Below are positions 36,867 through 45,624 of a stretch of DNA of 64,000 nucleotides, in pieces. A program made the position numbers and the translations under genes. Where the stretch lies: assembly GCA_963793265.1 (NCBI GenBank), contig CAWBZI010000007.1, forward strand, positions 256,001 through 320,000. Reading direction: 5' to 3'. The first letter of the stretch is position 1, and every line of letters starts with the position of its first letter. Origin of the DNA: an uncultured cyanobacterium (GTDB taxonomy: Bacteria; Cyanobacteriota; Cyanobacteriia; Phormidesmidales; Phormidesmidaceae). The notes under the pieces are model-generated. The model ran no database searches. It was given only the letters and a program-made list of their open reading frames with translations, and had not been told where the DNA came from.

Positions 36867-38695
36867 GATGCGATCGCCACTCTATACAGCGGATACTTGC
36901 CATAGGTGCCCAGTTCTTCAAACGCAATTGATCCGCCACTTTCTAAACCCAGCTCACTAGCAGGCGTATCTGGCGTAGGGCAGTCGCGATGAGGATAGCA
37001 CACGTACAAAAACTCGCCCTCGTTTTGGTTGGCTAAAGCCTCTGCTAACTGTTTTACATCAGCAATTGCTTCCGTCCGAAAGAAAACTTTCTCAGGCAGC
37101 GCGTTCCATAGCTGCTGAGCGACGAATTGGTGAGACATTGCAATCCACGGCAGCGGCTGCTGCTTTAGCTGGGCGATCGCAGGTGCAATCGGCTCATAGT
37201 TAGCGGCTAGCGAAGTAGACTGCGTTTGTTCATCTTTAAACACACTAAATGCGCCTTGAACTGTATTGGTATGAATGCCAAAAATCAGCATAACGGCAGT
37301 GCCCACTATCGCCAATCGACGCGCCCAGGGCTGAAAGTAGCCCATACGCAGCCGGTCAGCGAGAACCAAAGAAAGTAGGGGTACCAAAATAAGATAGAAC
37401 CTTGGCCCCCACTGTTTGCCACCCGAGCCCGGCGGTACAATTAGCGGTACGCCAATCGCAAAAAGTATGCTTAATGCGAGGACAAAGCGAGTGGGAATAG
37501 GCGCAGTTTTAACAGGGCTGACAATACCTATAGATTCAACATTAGGCGTTTTGAATCCTTTGAATTGATTACCCGTTTTAAGACCAGTTCGGCTAAATTC
37601 TGGCCCCGCTACAACGATGAAAGCGAGTAATATAACGGCTGGAAAGTAGCGTAGGAGTGATCGCCCCATTTGCACATAGCTGTCTTTTGCCTGCGCAACT
37701 TGTGTGCCCACTGACGATTCTTCAACAATCTGAATAGCGTGAATGCCCAGCGGATGACCGTATATGCCGTAGTTAAGCGCAAAGAAAATGCCTATTGTGC
37801 AGGCCATCGCGCCCACCAGAATAAAGACTTTTGCAAAGGTGAGTTTAGGCGCGAGTCGCCAGCTCGGGCGCAGCCAGCTCACGGCCGCAAGAAAACCAAC
37901 AGCGGCTACAAAACATAAAAATTCTGGACGAAACCATACGGACAAACCAATTAAGACGCCGCTATATAGGGCTCGATAGCCAGAGACAATCGGTTTGTGA
38001 GGCGATTCTTCAGGAGTGATTCGAGGAAACAACAGCGCTGTGATGCCCCAAAAGGCAAGCGCTACAGCCAGGGTGTGCTCCCAATACATGCCGCCGTAAA
38101 GACTCAGCGGTGAAGCAAAAATAAGGACTACCAGCCCCAAACACAGGGCAAATGTATCTAAGCTAATTCGTTTGCCAACTTGCCAAAACCTTGCCCAGGT
38201 GGCCCAAAGCGCAAGGATCGGTACGATGTAGAGGCCGCGATCGCCAAAAAGCGCGTAAAAAGGCGCTGTAACGGCAGGGAATGTAAAAGGAAACGTAATA
38301 AAGTATTGCGAGCCCACTTCGTACATGAAAGGCGGCGTGAAAGGATAGAGTCCCTGCTGCCACACCGCATCAATCCACTCAGTACCGCCCCCATCTATAG
38401 GCAAACTCAAAGACATTTTCAGCGGCAAAGTCCCTGCTGAAATTTGTTGTGCGAGTTGTTGGGCTAGCAGCGCCTTCAGTCCACCATCACCGCTGAAGAC
38501 AACGCCGTTTCGAGAAAATCCCTGCATCCATACGGTGAGTAGGATGCCGCCCAAGATCACAATTGCTGGCAGCAGGACTGGCAGTAAGTTTGATGATCGG
38601 CGTGAGCCTATATGCTCTTTCACATTTGCATTCATAGCCAAAGACGGAAGGTGATGGGTCGCGCCATCGAATTCTATAGGGCTATTGGCTACCAA
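36863..38695 (-). CDS. Polytopic membrane protein, probable GT-C glycosyltransferase
   Basis: Many TM helices, FSGDGGLK, YWEH, WFRPE and QWGPRFYL motifs; overlaps the gtrA start by 4 bp. Confidence 0.65.
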   Translation of the reverse strand: MVANSPIEFDGATHHLPSLAMNANVKEHIGSRRSSNLLPVLLPAIVILGGILLTVWMQGFSRNGVVFSGDGGLKALLAQQLAQQISAGTLPLKMSLSLPIDGGGTEWIDAVWQQGLYPFTPPFMYEVGSQYFITFPFTFPAVTAPFYALFGDRGLYIVPILALWATWARFWQVGKRISLDTFALCLGLVVLIFASPLSLYGGMYWEHTLAVALAFWGITALLFPRITPEESPHKPIVSGYRALYSGVLIGLSVWFRPEFLCFVAAVGFLAAVSWLRPSWRLAPKLTFAKVFILVGAMACTIGIFFALNYGIYGHPLGIHAIQIVEESSVGTQVAQAKDSYVQMGRSLLRYFPAVILLAFIVVAGPEFSRTGLKTGNQFKGFKTPNVESIGIVSPVKTAPIPTRFVLALSILFAIGVPLIVPPGSGGKQWGPRFYLILVPLLSLVLADRLRMGYFQPWARRLAIVGTAVMLIFGIHTNTVQGAFSVFKDEQTQSTSLAANYEPIAPAIAQLKQQPLPWIAMSHQFVAQQLWNALPEKVFFRTEAIADVKQLAEALANQNEGEFLYVCYPHRDCPTPDTPASELGLESGGSIAFEELGTYGKYPLYRVAIAS

Positions 38696-38775
38696 TCAAA
38701 CAGCTCCGCCAGAATCACATTTCTCGATAGAGCTGTTTTGTTCTATTCAGTAAAAAATACAGCCAGAGTAGCGAT

Positions 38776-39549
38776 TTACCCTAGCCGGTAGCCAAAACCG
38801 CGTACCGTCTTAAGATATTTTGGGCTGCTGGGCACTTCTTCAAGCTTCTCTCGCAACCAGCGAATATGCACGTCTACTGTTTTGTTGTCACCCATAAAAT
38901 CGTAACCCCACACCTGATCGATAATTTGATCGCGCGACCATACGCGCTTAGGCTGGCTCATCAAAAGCTCTAGAATCTTAAACTCTTTAGGCGACAGGCT
39001 AACTTCTTCACCGGCTAAGAAAACCCGACACTCATCTGTATGTAAGGAGATATCTTCAAACTTACGAACAGCTTTGTCAGCTTGCTGTAACTTAGAGTGC
39101 GATCGCCTCAGCAAAGCCCGACATCGCGCAATCAGCTCTCTCATGCCAAAAGGCTTGGTTAAATAGTCATCTGCGCCCACTTCCAGGCCAAGAACGCGAT
39201 CGGTTTCCGTTCCTTTTGCACTCAAAATTAGGATGGGCACGTCTAGTCCACGGTGACGTACCAAACGACACAGATCCAGGCCATTCATACCAGGTAGCAT
39301 GAGATCTAGAATCACGAGGCCGATGTCTGCGATCGCCCTTTGCACCCCCGGCTTACCCCGCTCAGGGCTACCTAGTAGCATCTCTAATGCCTGCTGTCCA
39401 TTGTCAGCCACAAATACTTCAAATCCTTCGTCTGCAAGCGAGAGGGCCACAGTCTCGCGAATCAGCGCCTCGTCCTCAATGAGCAAAACCTTACCTAGCC
39501 CAATCCGAACGTCTGCTTGGGTGGGTGCTGACTGCAAAGAAGCCATCAA
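38776..39549 (-). CDS. sphR: OmpR-family response regulator, PhoB/SphR type
   Basis: Receiver LDLMLPG..DRVLGLEVGADDYLTKPF; wHTH WG.DFMGDNKTVDVHIRWLREKLE..TVRGFGYR is typical of cyanobacterial SphR. Confidence 0.75.
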   Translation of the reverse strand: MMASLQSAPTQADVRIGLGKVLLIEDEALIRETVALSLADEGFEVFVADNGQQALEMLLGSPERGKPGVQRAIADIGLVILDLMLPGMNGLDLCRLVRHRGLDVPILILSAKGTETDRVLGLEVGADDYLTKPFGMRELIARCRALLRRSHSKLQQADKAVRKFEDISLHTDECRVFLAGEEVSLSPKEFKILELLMSQPKRVWSRDQIIDQVWGYDFMGDNKTVDVHIRWLREKLEEVPSSPKYLKTVRGFGYRLG

Positions 39550-39640
39550 AGGAACCTGTGTCTTTTCGTCTAAATTTTATCAGGAATTACCGCAAGATAA
39601 CAGCACGGTTCCCTTCAAATTAGTGGTTAGCTTTCAGAAG

Positions 39641-39659
39641 GTTAACCCTTCCTTAACCT
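39641..39659 (+). promoter_or_regulatory. Pho-box-like direct repeat upstream of sphR
   Basis: GTTAACCC-TTC-CTTAACCT has an 11-bp period and closely matches the cyanobacterial PyTTAAPyPy(T/A) unit; only two clear units. Confidence 0.55.
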
Positions 39660-39683
39660 CGCAACTTCTTAGTTTATAAACCT

Positions 39684-42286
39684 TCAGACTGCTACGAAAT
39701 TAACCAGCTTATTAGGAACAACAATTACTTTCTTAATTTCCTTGCCTTCCAAATATCGCTGAGCAACCTCCGACTCACGGGCATAGGCTTCCAAAGCAGC
39801 TTTGTCAGCGCTAGCAGGCACCTGCAAAGTCCCTCGGGTTTTACCCATTATCTGAATCACCAAAGTAATCTCATCAGCGACCAAAGCCGCAGGGTCAACT
39901 TCAGGCCAGGCTTGCTGATGCACCGATCCGGTTCCTTCGCTAATTTGTGACCACAGCTCGTCTGCAATATGAGGTGCAAAAGGCGCAATTAACAGCACCA
40001 GTGTACAAACACCTTCTGCATAGGCCAGGGTCGTTTTGTCTGACGTATCGTTGAGCGCATTGCTGAGCTTCATCAGTTCAGAAACGGCTGTATTGAACTG
40101 ATAATCGCCTTCGATATCTTCAGTAATCTCTTTGATGGCGGTATGCGTTGCCTTGCGAAGGGTTTTGTCTTCTTTGTTAAGCTTACTTTGATCGATCTTG
40201 CTAACTTTGCTGACCAAATCGGCACTATCAGACTGAGCAAATCCGGCCACCGTACGCCATACTCTGTTCAAAAAGCGATACTGCCCTTCTACGTCAGCGT
40301 CATCCCACTCCAAATCTTTTTCGGGAGGTGCCTTAAAAAGAATGAACATACGAGCGGTGTCAGCGCCGTATTTCGCCAGCACCTGTGAGGGTGGCACACC
40401 ATTGAACTTAGACTTCGACATTTTTTCATATGAAACCTGTAGCACCTCGCCTGTGTCAGGATCAGTGGGGGTTTTAAGATCGGCAATATTTTCAGGCACA
40501 ATGAACTGGCCTTCAGCATTTTTGTAGGTGATGGCCTGTACCATGCCCTGCGTTAGCAGTCGCTCGAAGGGTTCGTCAAAGTCTAGAAGATTGCGATCGC
40601 GCAAAACCTTTGTAAAAAATCGCGAATACAGCAGGTGCAAAATCGCATGCTCAATGCCGCCCACGTACTGATCGACCGGCAGCCAGTCATTCACCCGCTC
40701 AGGTGTAAAAATGCTCTCTTCATTATTCGCATCGGCGTAGCGCAAAAAGTACCAGGACGAATCTAAAAAGGTGTCCATGGTGTCGGTTTCACGTTTGGCA
40801 GCAGTGCCGCAGCTTGGACAAGGCACATCGACCCAATCAGCCATCTTTGAAAGCGGCGAAGCGCCTTTGCCAGTAAACTCTACATTTTCGGGAAGCTTTA
40901 CCGGCAAATCAGCATCAGGTACGGGCACCGCACCACAGCTCGGGCAGTGAATAATTGGAATCGGCGCGCCCCAGTAGCGCTGGCGAGAAACCAGCCAGTC
41001 ACGGAGGCGGTAATTGGTGGTGCCTTCACCCAGAGATTTTTCTTCGAGGTAGGCGATCGCCTGCTCAACACTTTCACCTTTCCCTTTGCCAGCGATCGCA
41101 CCATCCAACGGCCCCGAGTGCACCATCACACCCGCCCCAACATAGGCAGCTTCCATCGCAGCACCAGACAGATCTTCACCTTCGGGCTGAATCACCTCCT
41201 TAATCGAAATCTCGAACTTGCGCGCAAAGTCAAAGTCTCTTTGATCGTGAGCAGGCACGGCCATAATCGCACCCGTTCCATAGTCCATCATCACGTAGTC
41301 AGCCGTCCACACCGGCACCTTTTCACCATTCACCGGATTAATGGCATAGCTACCCGTCCACACACCTGTTTTCTCTCGACCTTCATCCGTGCGATCAATC
41401 GTACTAAGACTAGCCGCCTTCTCTTTATATGTTTTAACCGCATCAGCCAAAGCATCCGTCGTCAACGTCTCTACCAACGGATGCTCTGGGGCAACCACCA
41501 TAAAGGTCGCACCCCAAAGCGTATCGGGGCGCGTAGTGTAAATGACCAAATCCTCGCCAGCTTCCGTTTTAAAAGTGACTTGGGCACCCGTAGACTTACC
41601 AATCCAGTTAGCCTGCATGGTTTTAACGCGCTCTGGCCAGCCAGGAAGCTTATCCAAATCAGTAAGGAGCTGTTCGGCATAGTCCGTGATCTTAAAGAAC
41701 CACTGACGCAAAAGCTTACGCTCTACTTTCGCCCCAGAGCGCCATGAGCGACCTTCATTATCGACCTGTTCATTCGCGAGTACGGTCTGATCAATAGGAT
41801 CCCAGTTAACAGCCGCTTCTTTTTGGTAGGCAAGGCCCATGTCGAAAAACTGAAGGAAAATCCACTGTGTCCACTGGTAGTAATTAGGGAGGCAGGTGGC
41901 AACTTCGCGATCCCAATCGTAAGACATTCCGAGGATCTTGAACTGCTCACGCATCTGCGCAATGTTTCTAAGCGTCCACTCAGCCGGAGGAATGCCTCTG
42001 TTTATCGCGGCATTCTCAGCGGGCAGGCCAAAGGCGTCCCAGCCAATTGGATGGAGAACACGATAGCCCTGCATCCGACGAACGCGAGCAATTACGTCGG
42101 GATCGTGTAGTTGCGCACGTGTCCCATGTGTAGGTCGCCAGACGGATAGGGAAACATTGCGAGCACATAGTACTTTCCTGCCGCGTTCTCACCATCTTCT
42201 AGCGTCAGGCGTTTTGTTCGTTCGTGGTCGGCCCAGTATTTTTGCCACTTAGTTTCGATGTCTGCTGGGCTATATCGCAATTCCAC
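39684..42286 (-). CDS. leuS: Leucine--tRNA ligase with an apparent 1-bp deletion frameshift near 42100
   Basis: [13 protein letters not shown] (HIGH) in ORF 42092-42286. [36 protein letters not shown] and KMSKS in ORF 39684-42074. Confidence 0.95.
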
Positions 42287-42378
42287 GCCGCTTATTCCTT
42301 GTCTGCTGTCACATTACTAAGGTTGTATTTTAGTAGGTGAAACGGCCTTTCGATGTTTTTTGTAAAAATACAGTTGCT

Positions 42379-42816
42379 ATGACTGCTGAAATTGCTGATC
42401 CTGTAGCCGAACTTTCTGTGTTCGTGTACGGCACCCTAAAGCCGGGCGGTCGCTTTCACCAACGGTATTGCAGTGAGGCGATAGAAATGACTCCGGCCTT
42501 AGTGAAAGGTCGGCTGTACGATTTTCCTCAGCTTGGATATCCAGCGATGACGGTAGGTGATGACTGGGTGAAGGGCTGCTTGATTCGGTTTCAGCAAGAA
42601 TTAGAAACGCAGACGAAGATTCTGCGACGGCTAGATTGGCTAGAAGGCTACAAAGCAGATCGCCTGCCCGCTGAGAACGACTATCAGCGCTGTTGGGTGA
42701 TGATATTTACGACAGACTACAAGCCTGCTGAGGAGGCTTGGGTTTATGTGATGGATGCAGATCGGGTGCGATCGCTCCACGGCATCTACTTACCCAGTGG
42801 AACCTGGCCAAGCTAA
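42379..42816 (+). CDS. Gamma-glutamylcyclotransferase (GGCT/AIG2-like) family protein
   Basis: VFVYGTLKPG, GYPAM, LDWLEG and AWVY motifs. Confidence 0.88.
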   Translation: MTAEIADPVAELSVFVYGTLKPGGRFHQRYCSEAIEMTPALVKGRLYDFPQLGYPAMTVGDDWVKGCLIRFQQELETQTKILRRLDWLEGYKADRLPAENDYQRCWVMIFTTDYKPAEEAWVYVMDADRVRSLHGIYLPSGTWPS

Positions 42817-45398
42817 GTGGGCTCCTGGCTCAAACACTGCGCCGTTTGCCAACTAGGAGAGGACACATCAGGTAAGGCCATAAGCGTTACCTGCCCGTTC
42901 TCATTACGCTGCCAGGCTACGGCCTCTGCAATAGCTTCTTCGGCGGCGATTGAAGCAGCTCGAACTATTGGCGTGTGACTAGCCGCAACTGTTCGAGCCA
43001 GCAGTGGGCGTGTGTCTTGCCAGGGCTGTAGGGACTGTAAAGTTTCACTCGGGTTCACCGAAAGTCCGCCGCGCCCCGAAGCGACGAACTGATTGCCTTG
43101 CGTGTCTGCGCAACCCGCTGCAATCTGCTGATCTTGATCGAGCAGCGTATCTGAAAGCGCTGCCGTGCCTGAACTAGGATCGACCTCGGGCGTACTGATT
43201 TTGACGGTGCCATTGAGGCCGAATTGGGAGCTAGCGGTGATATCGCTTTGGGGGGTGAGGCGATCGCGAAAAGCCGTCCCTAAAATGCTCTGCGTCGTAA
43301 TATCAATGTTGCCACCGTCGCCTTGAACAGCATTAGCAACAATATCACTGTTGCCAACTGCCACAATAGCAGGCGCTGAGATAGAGATGTTGCCGCCATT
43401 GCCGGTACCGTCAGACTCCACCGTTAAGCGGCTACCGTTTCTCATGACCAGCGAATCTTTTAGCTGTAGCTCAATATTGCCGCCTTCACCGTTAAATGTT
43501 CGCCCTCGAATCTCGCCAGAGTTAGCTAGCCGAACTGAATCGGCCACAATCAGAGCATTACCCGCATTGCCTGCACCCACGCTTTGCACATTGATGCCAA
43601 AAGCCCCGTCTATTGATAAAGCTGGCGTGCGAATGGTGACATTACCCGCGTTGCCACCGGGTCTTGAAAAAGGAATTCCTAAAAAAGCCTGCTCGGCTAG
43701 AGAGGGCGTTATCACAGAAGAGGTAATCGCATCACCACGTCGAGTCGTTGCTGAAGGGCCAGAGATATCTAAACGCTCAGCTGCATTAATTTCGATACTA
43801 CCAGCATCGCCATCGGTGATAGAAAGAGCTGCGATCGCTGCTGTATCTGAAATAGACAATAAGCGCGTATTAATCTCAACATTACCCACTTCCCCCACGC
43901 CGTAGTTAGTAACAGATATCGTGCTCGGAACGTCGCTCGCTCTATTTCGGCCTGATAGCGTCAGCGTATCTGCATTTACCTGCAAGTTGCCCGAGCGCCC
44001 TTGCGCAAAATTAATAGAGACAATACCACCACCCGCCGATAAGGTAGTGTCAGTAGCAGTAGCCGTGATGTTGCCAGAGGTTCCGGTTGCACCAATAGAC
44101 GCCGTAGCAATAGTGCTACTGAGGCCCTGATCAATTGCATTTACGCCTTCGATCTGTAACGTCTCAGCGATCTCTACGTTAATAGAGCCACTACTGGCAT
44201 CGGTAAAAGTAAACCCGGTGATACCCGCGCCTTCTTTTATTTGAAGGTTATCTGCCGAAACATGAATATTGCCGCTAGGCATAGCCCCCAACGTTTCACT
44301 GAAGATACCGCTGCGAACAGTCGTTTCAGCCTCGCTACCTATCAGTGAAAGTGTTCCATTCGCACTCACGCTTATAGCTTGTCCTGGGCCTGTCGCGAAG
44401 GAACCGCTTTGCCCTAGCAGCACTGAATTATCTAATAAGTTAATGTCTTCTCCAACGACTTGCGCTCTGCCCTGATCGCTCACAAATAGCTGTAGCGGAG
44501 AATTTGGCCTAAGTGCCATCGGTAGCCCGCTAACGTTAATCAATGACCTATTTACCAAGTCAACCGCAGCAAACGCTTCCACCTGAGCATAGTCAGTCGC
44601 AAACCCGAATGGCGTTTCGACCAAACCTATCTGATTGCCAGCCGCAACACTACCAACCTCCACATTCCCACTGTGCGCCGCCAATAGTCCACCCTCCAAC
44701 CGAACACCCTGGCCAAACAGTCCCAGCGTTTTACCTGGGTTAACCTGCAAGCCTCTGCTTGTCCCAATCTGAACGTGAGGGGCTAATATGCCAGTCTCTC
44801 TAGTACTCGGATTGATTTTAGTGAGATTGTGACCTGTATTGTTAACGGTAATGGCGCTAGAGGAATCGCCCATATTTAGCCCAATGGGCGCGCTCACGGT
44901 CAGCAGCGAAGGGGCCGACATACTCTCAGCACTGAAGACTTCACCATTGCTAAAAATAGCCTGCTCAGCGGTAGTCGCAACAAAAGAGCCTGGCAGGTTG
45001 AGCTGAGCAGTTGGCCCGAATACAATACCTGCTGGGTTGAGCAAAAAAAGATTGGCACCACTGCCAGAAATCTCTAGCGTACCGTGAATTTCAGAGGCAA
45101 TATTACCTGTTACTCTCGAAATAATATTCTCCACCGATGGCGTGGTCACAAAGGTAACTGTATCGGCAGGAGAAAGCGAGAATTGCTGGAAGCTATGAAA
45201 CAGATTTTGACCTGAAGCAGAGTCTCCTGTTGTCCTTCCGCCTGAGATAACACCGCTGTTGTTTTGTGTGCCTAAGCTGCCGTCAGGAATGACCTGTGCC
45301 TGGGTTGGCATTAAGAACCCTGCTATCCACAGCGACAACAAACCAGATTGAGCTGCCATAAATTTTGAGGCAGCAGCGATCACTTTATTTAATTTCAT
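42813..45398 (-). CDS. Filamentous-haemagglutinin N-terminal domain (TPS) exoprotein
   Basis: Signal peptide, QVIPDGSL, NLFHSFQQF, NIISRVTG, NLFLLNPAGIVFG, GNAGNI repeats, SDITASSQFG and C-terminal C..NQFVASGRGGL. Confidence 0.92.
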   Translation of the reverse strand: MKLNKVIAAASKFMAAQSGLLSLWIAGFLMPTQAQVIPDGSLGTQNNSGVISGGRTTGDSASGQNLFHSFQQFSLSPADTVTFVTTPSVENIISRVTGNIASEIHGTLEISGSGANLFLLNPAGIVFGPTAQLNLPGSFVATTAEQAIFSNGEVFSAESMSAPSLLTVSAPIGLNMGDSSSAITVNNTGHNLTKINPSTRETGILAPHVQIGTSRGLQVNPGKTLGLFGQGVRLEGGLLAAHSGNVEVGSVAAGNQIGLVETPFGFATDYAQVEAFAAVDLVNRSLINVSGLPMALRPNSPLQLFVSDQGRAQVVGEDINLLDNSVLLGQSGSFATGPGQAISVSANGTLSLIGSEAETTVRSGIFSETLGAMPSGNIHVSADNLQIKEGAGITGFTFTDASSGSINVEIAETLQIEGVNAIDQGLSSTIATASIGATGTSGNITATATDTTLSAGGGIVSINFAQGRSGNLQVNADTLTLSGRNRASDVPSTISVTNYGVGEVGNVEINTRLLSISDTAAIAALSITDGDAGSIEINAAERLDISGPSATTRRGDAITSSVITPSLAEQAFLGIPFSRPGGNAGNVTIRTPALSIDGAFGINVQSVGAGNAGNALIVADSVRLANSGEIRGRTFNGEGGNIELQLKDSLVMRNGSRLTVESDGTGNGGNISISAPAIVAVGNSDIVANAVQGDGGNIDITTQSILGTAFRDRLTPQSDITASSQFGLNGTVKISTPEVDPSSGTAALSDTLLDQDQQIAAGCADTQGNQFVASGRGGLSVNPSETLQSLQPWQDTRPLLARTVAASHTPIVRAASIAAEEAIAEAVAWQRNENGQVTLMALPDVSSPSWQTAQCLSQEPT

Positions 45399-45589
45399 AG
45401 ATTGTTACACGTTGCGAGAAATTTAGATTCTTATAAAAGTCATTCGACAGTAGGATGCCCTAGCCGTATTCAAGAGAGTCTCAGGTGATAGCTAAGACGC
45501 TAGGAAGACAGGTGATTGTACGGGTGGTTGCCGAAAGAAGCATGGGGGGAATTCTATCGAGGAATGCTGATGGTAGATTTTTGATCGCT

Positions 45590-45619
45590 TTTTGGTTAGG
45601 CAACTTTTAGTTAGGCAAT
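45590..45619 (+). repeat. 15-bp direct repeat just upstream of the TPR-CHAT gene
   Basis: TTTTGGTTAGGCAAC followed by TTTTAGTTAGGCAAT. Confidence 0.75.
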
Positions 45620-45624
45620 AAATA

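Noticed and set aside
39684..42286. Genuinely split (alpha/beta) LeuRS, or a pseudogene
   Set aside because: One inserted base restores a fully conserved gene, the break is far N-terminal of the known Aquifex-type split, and there is no other decay.
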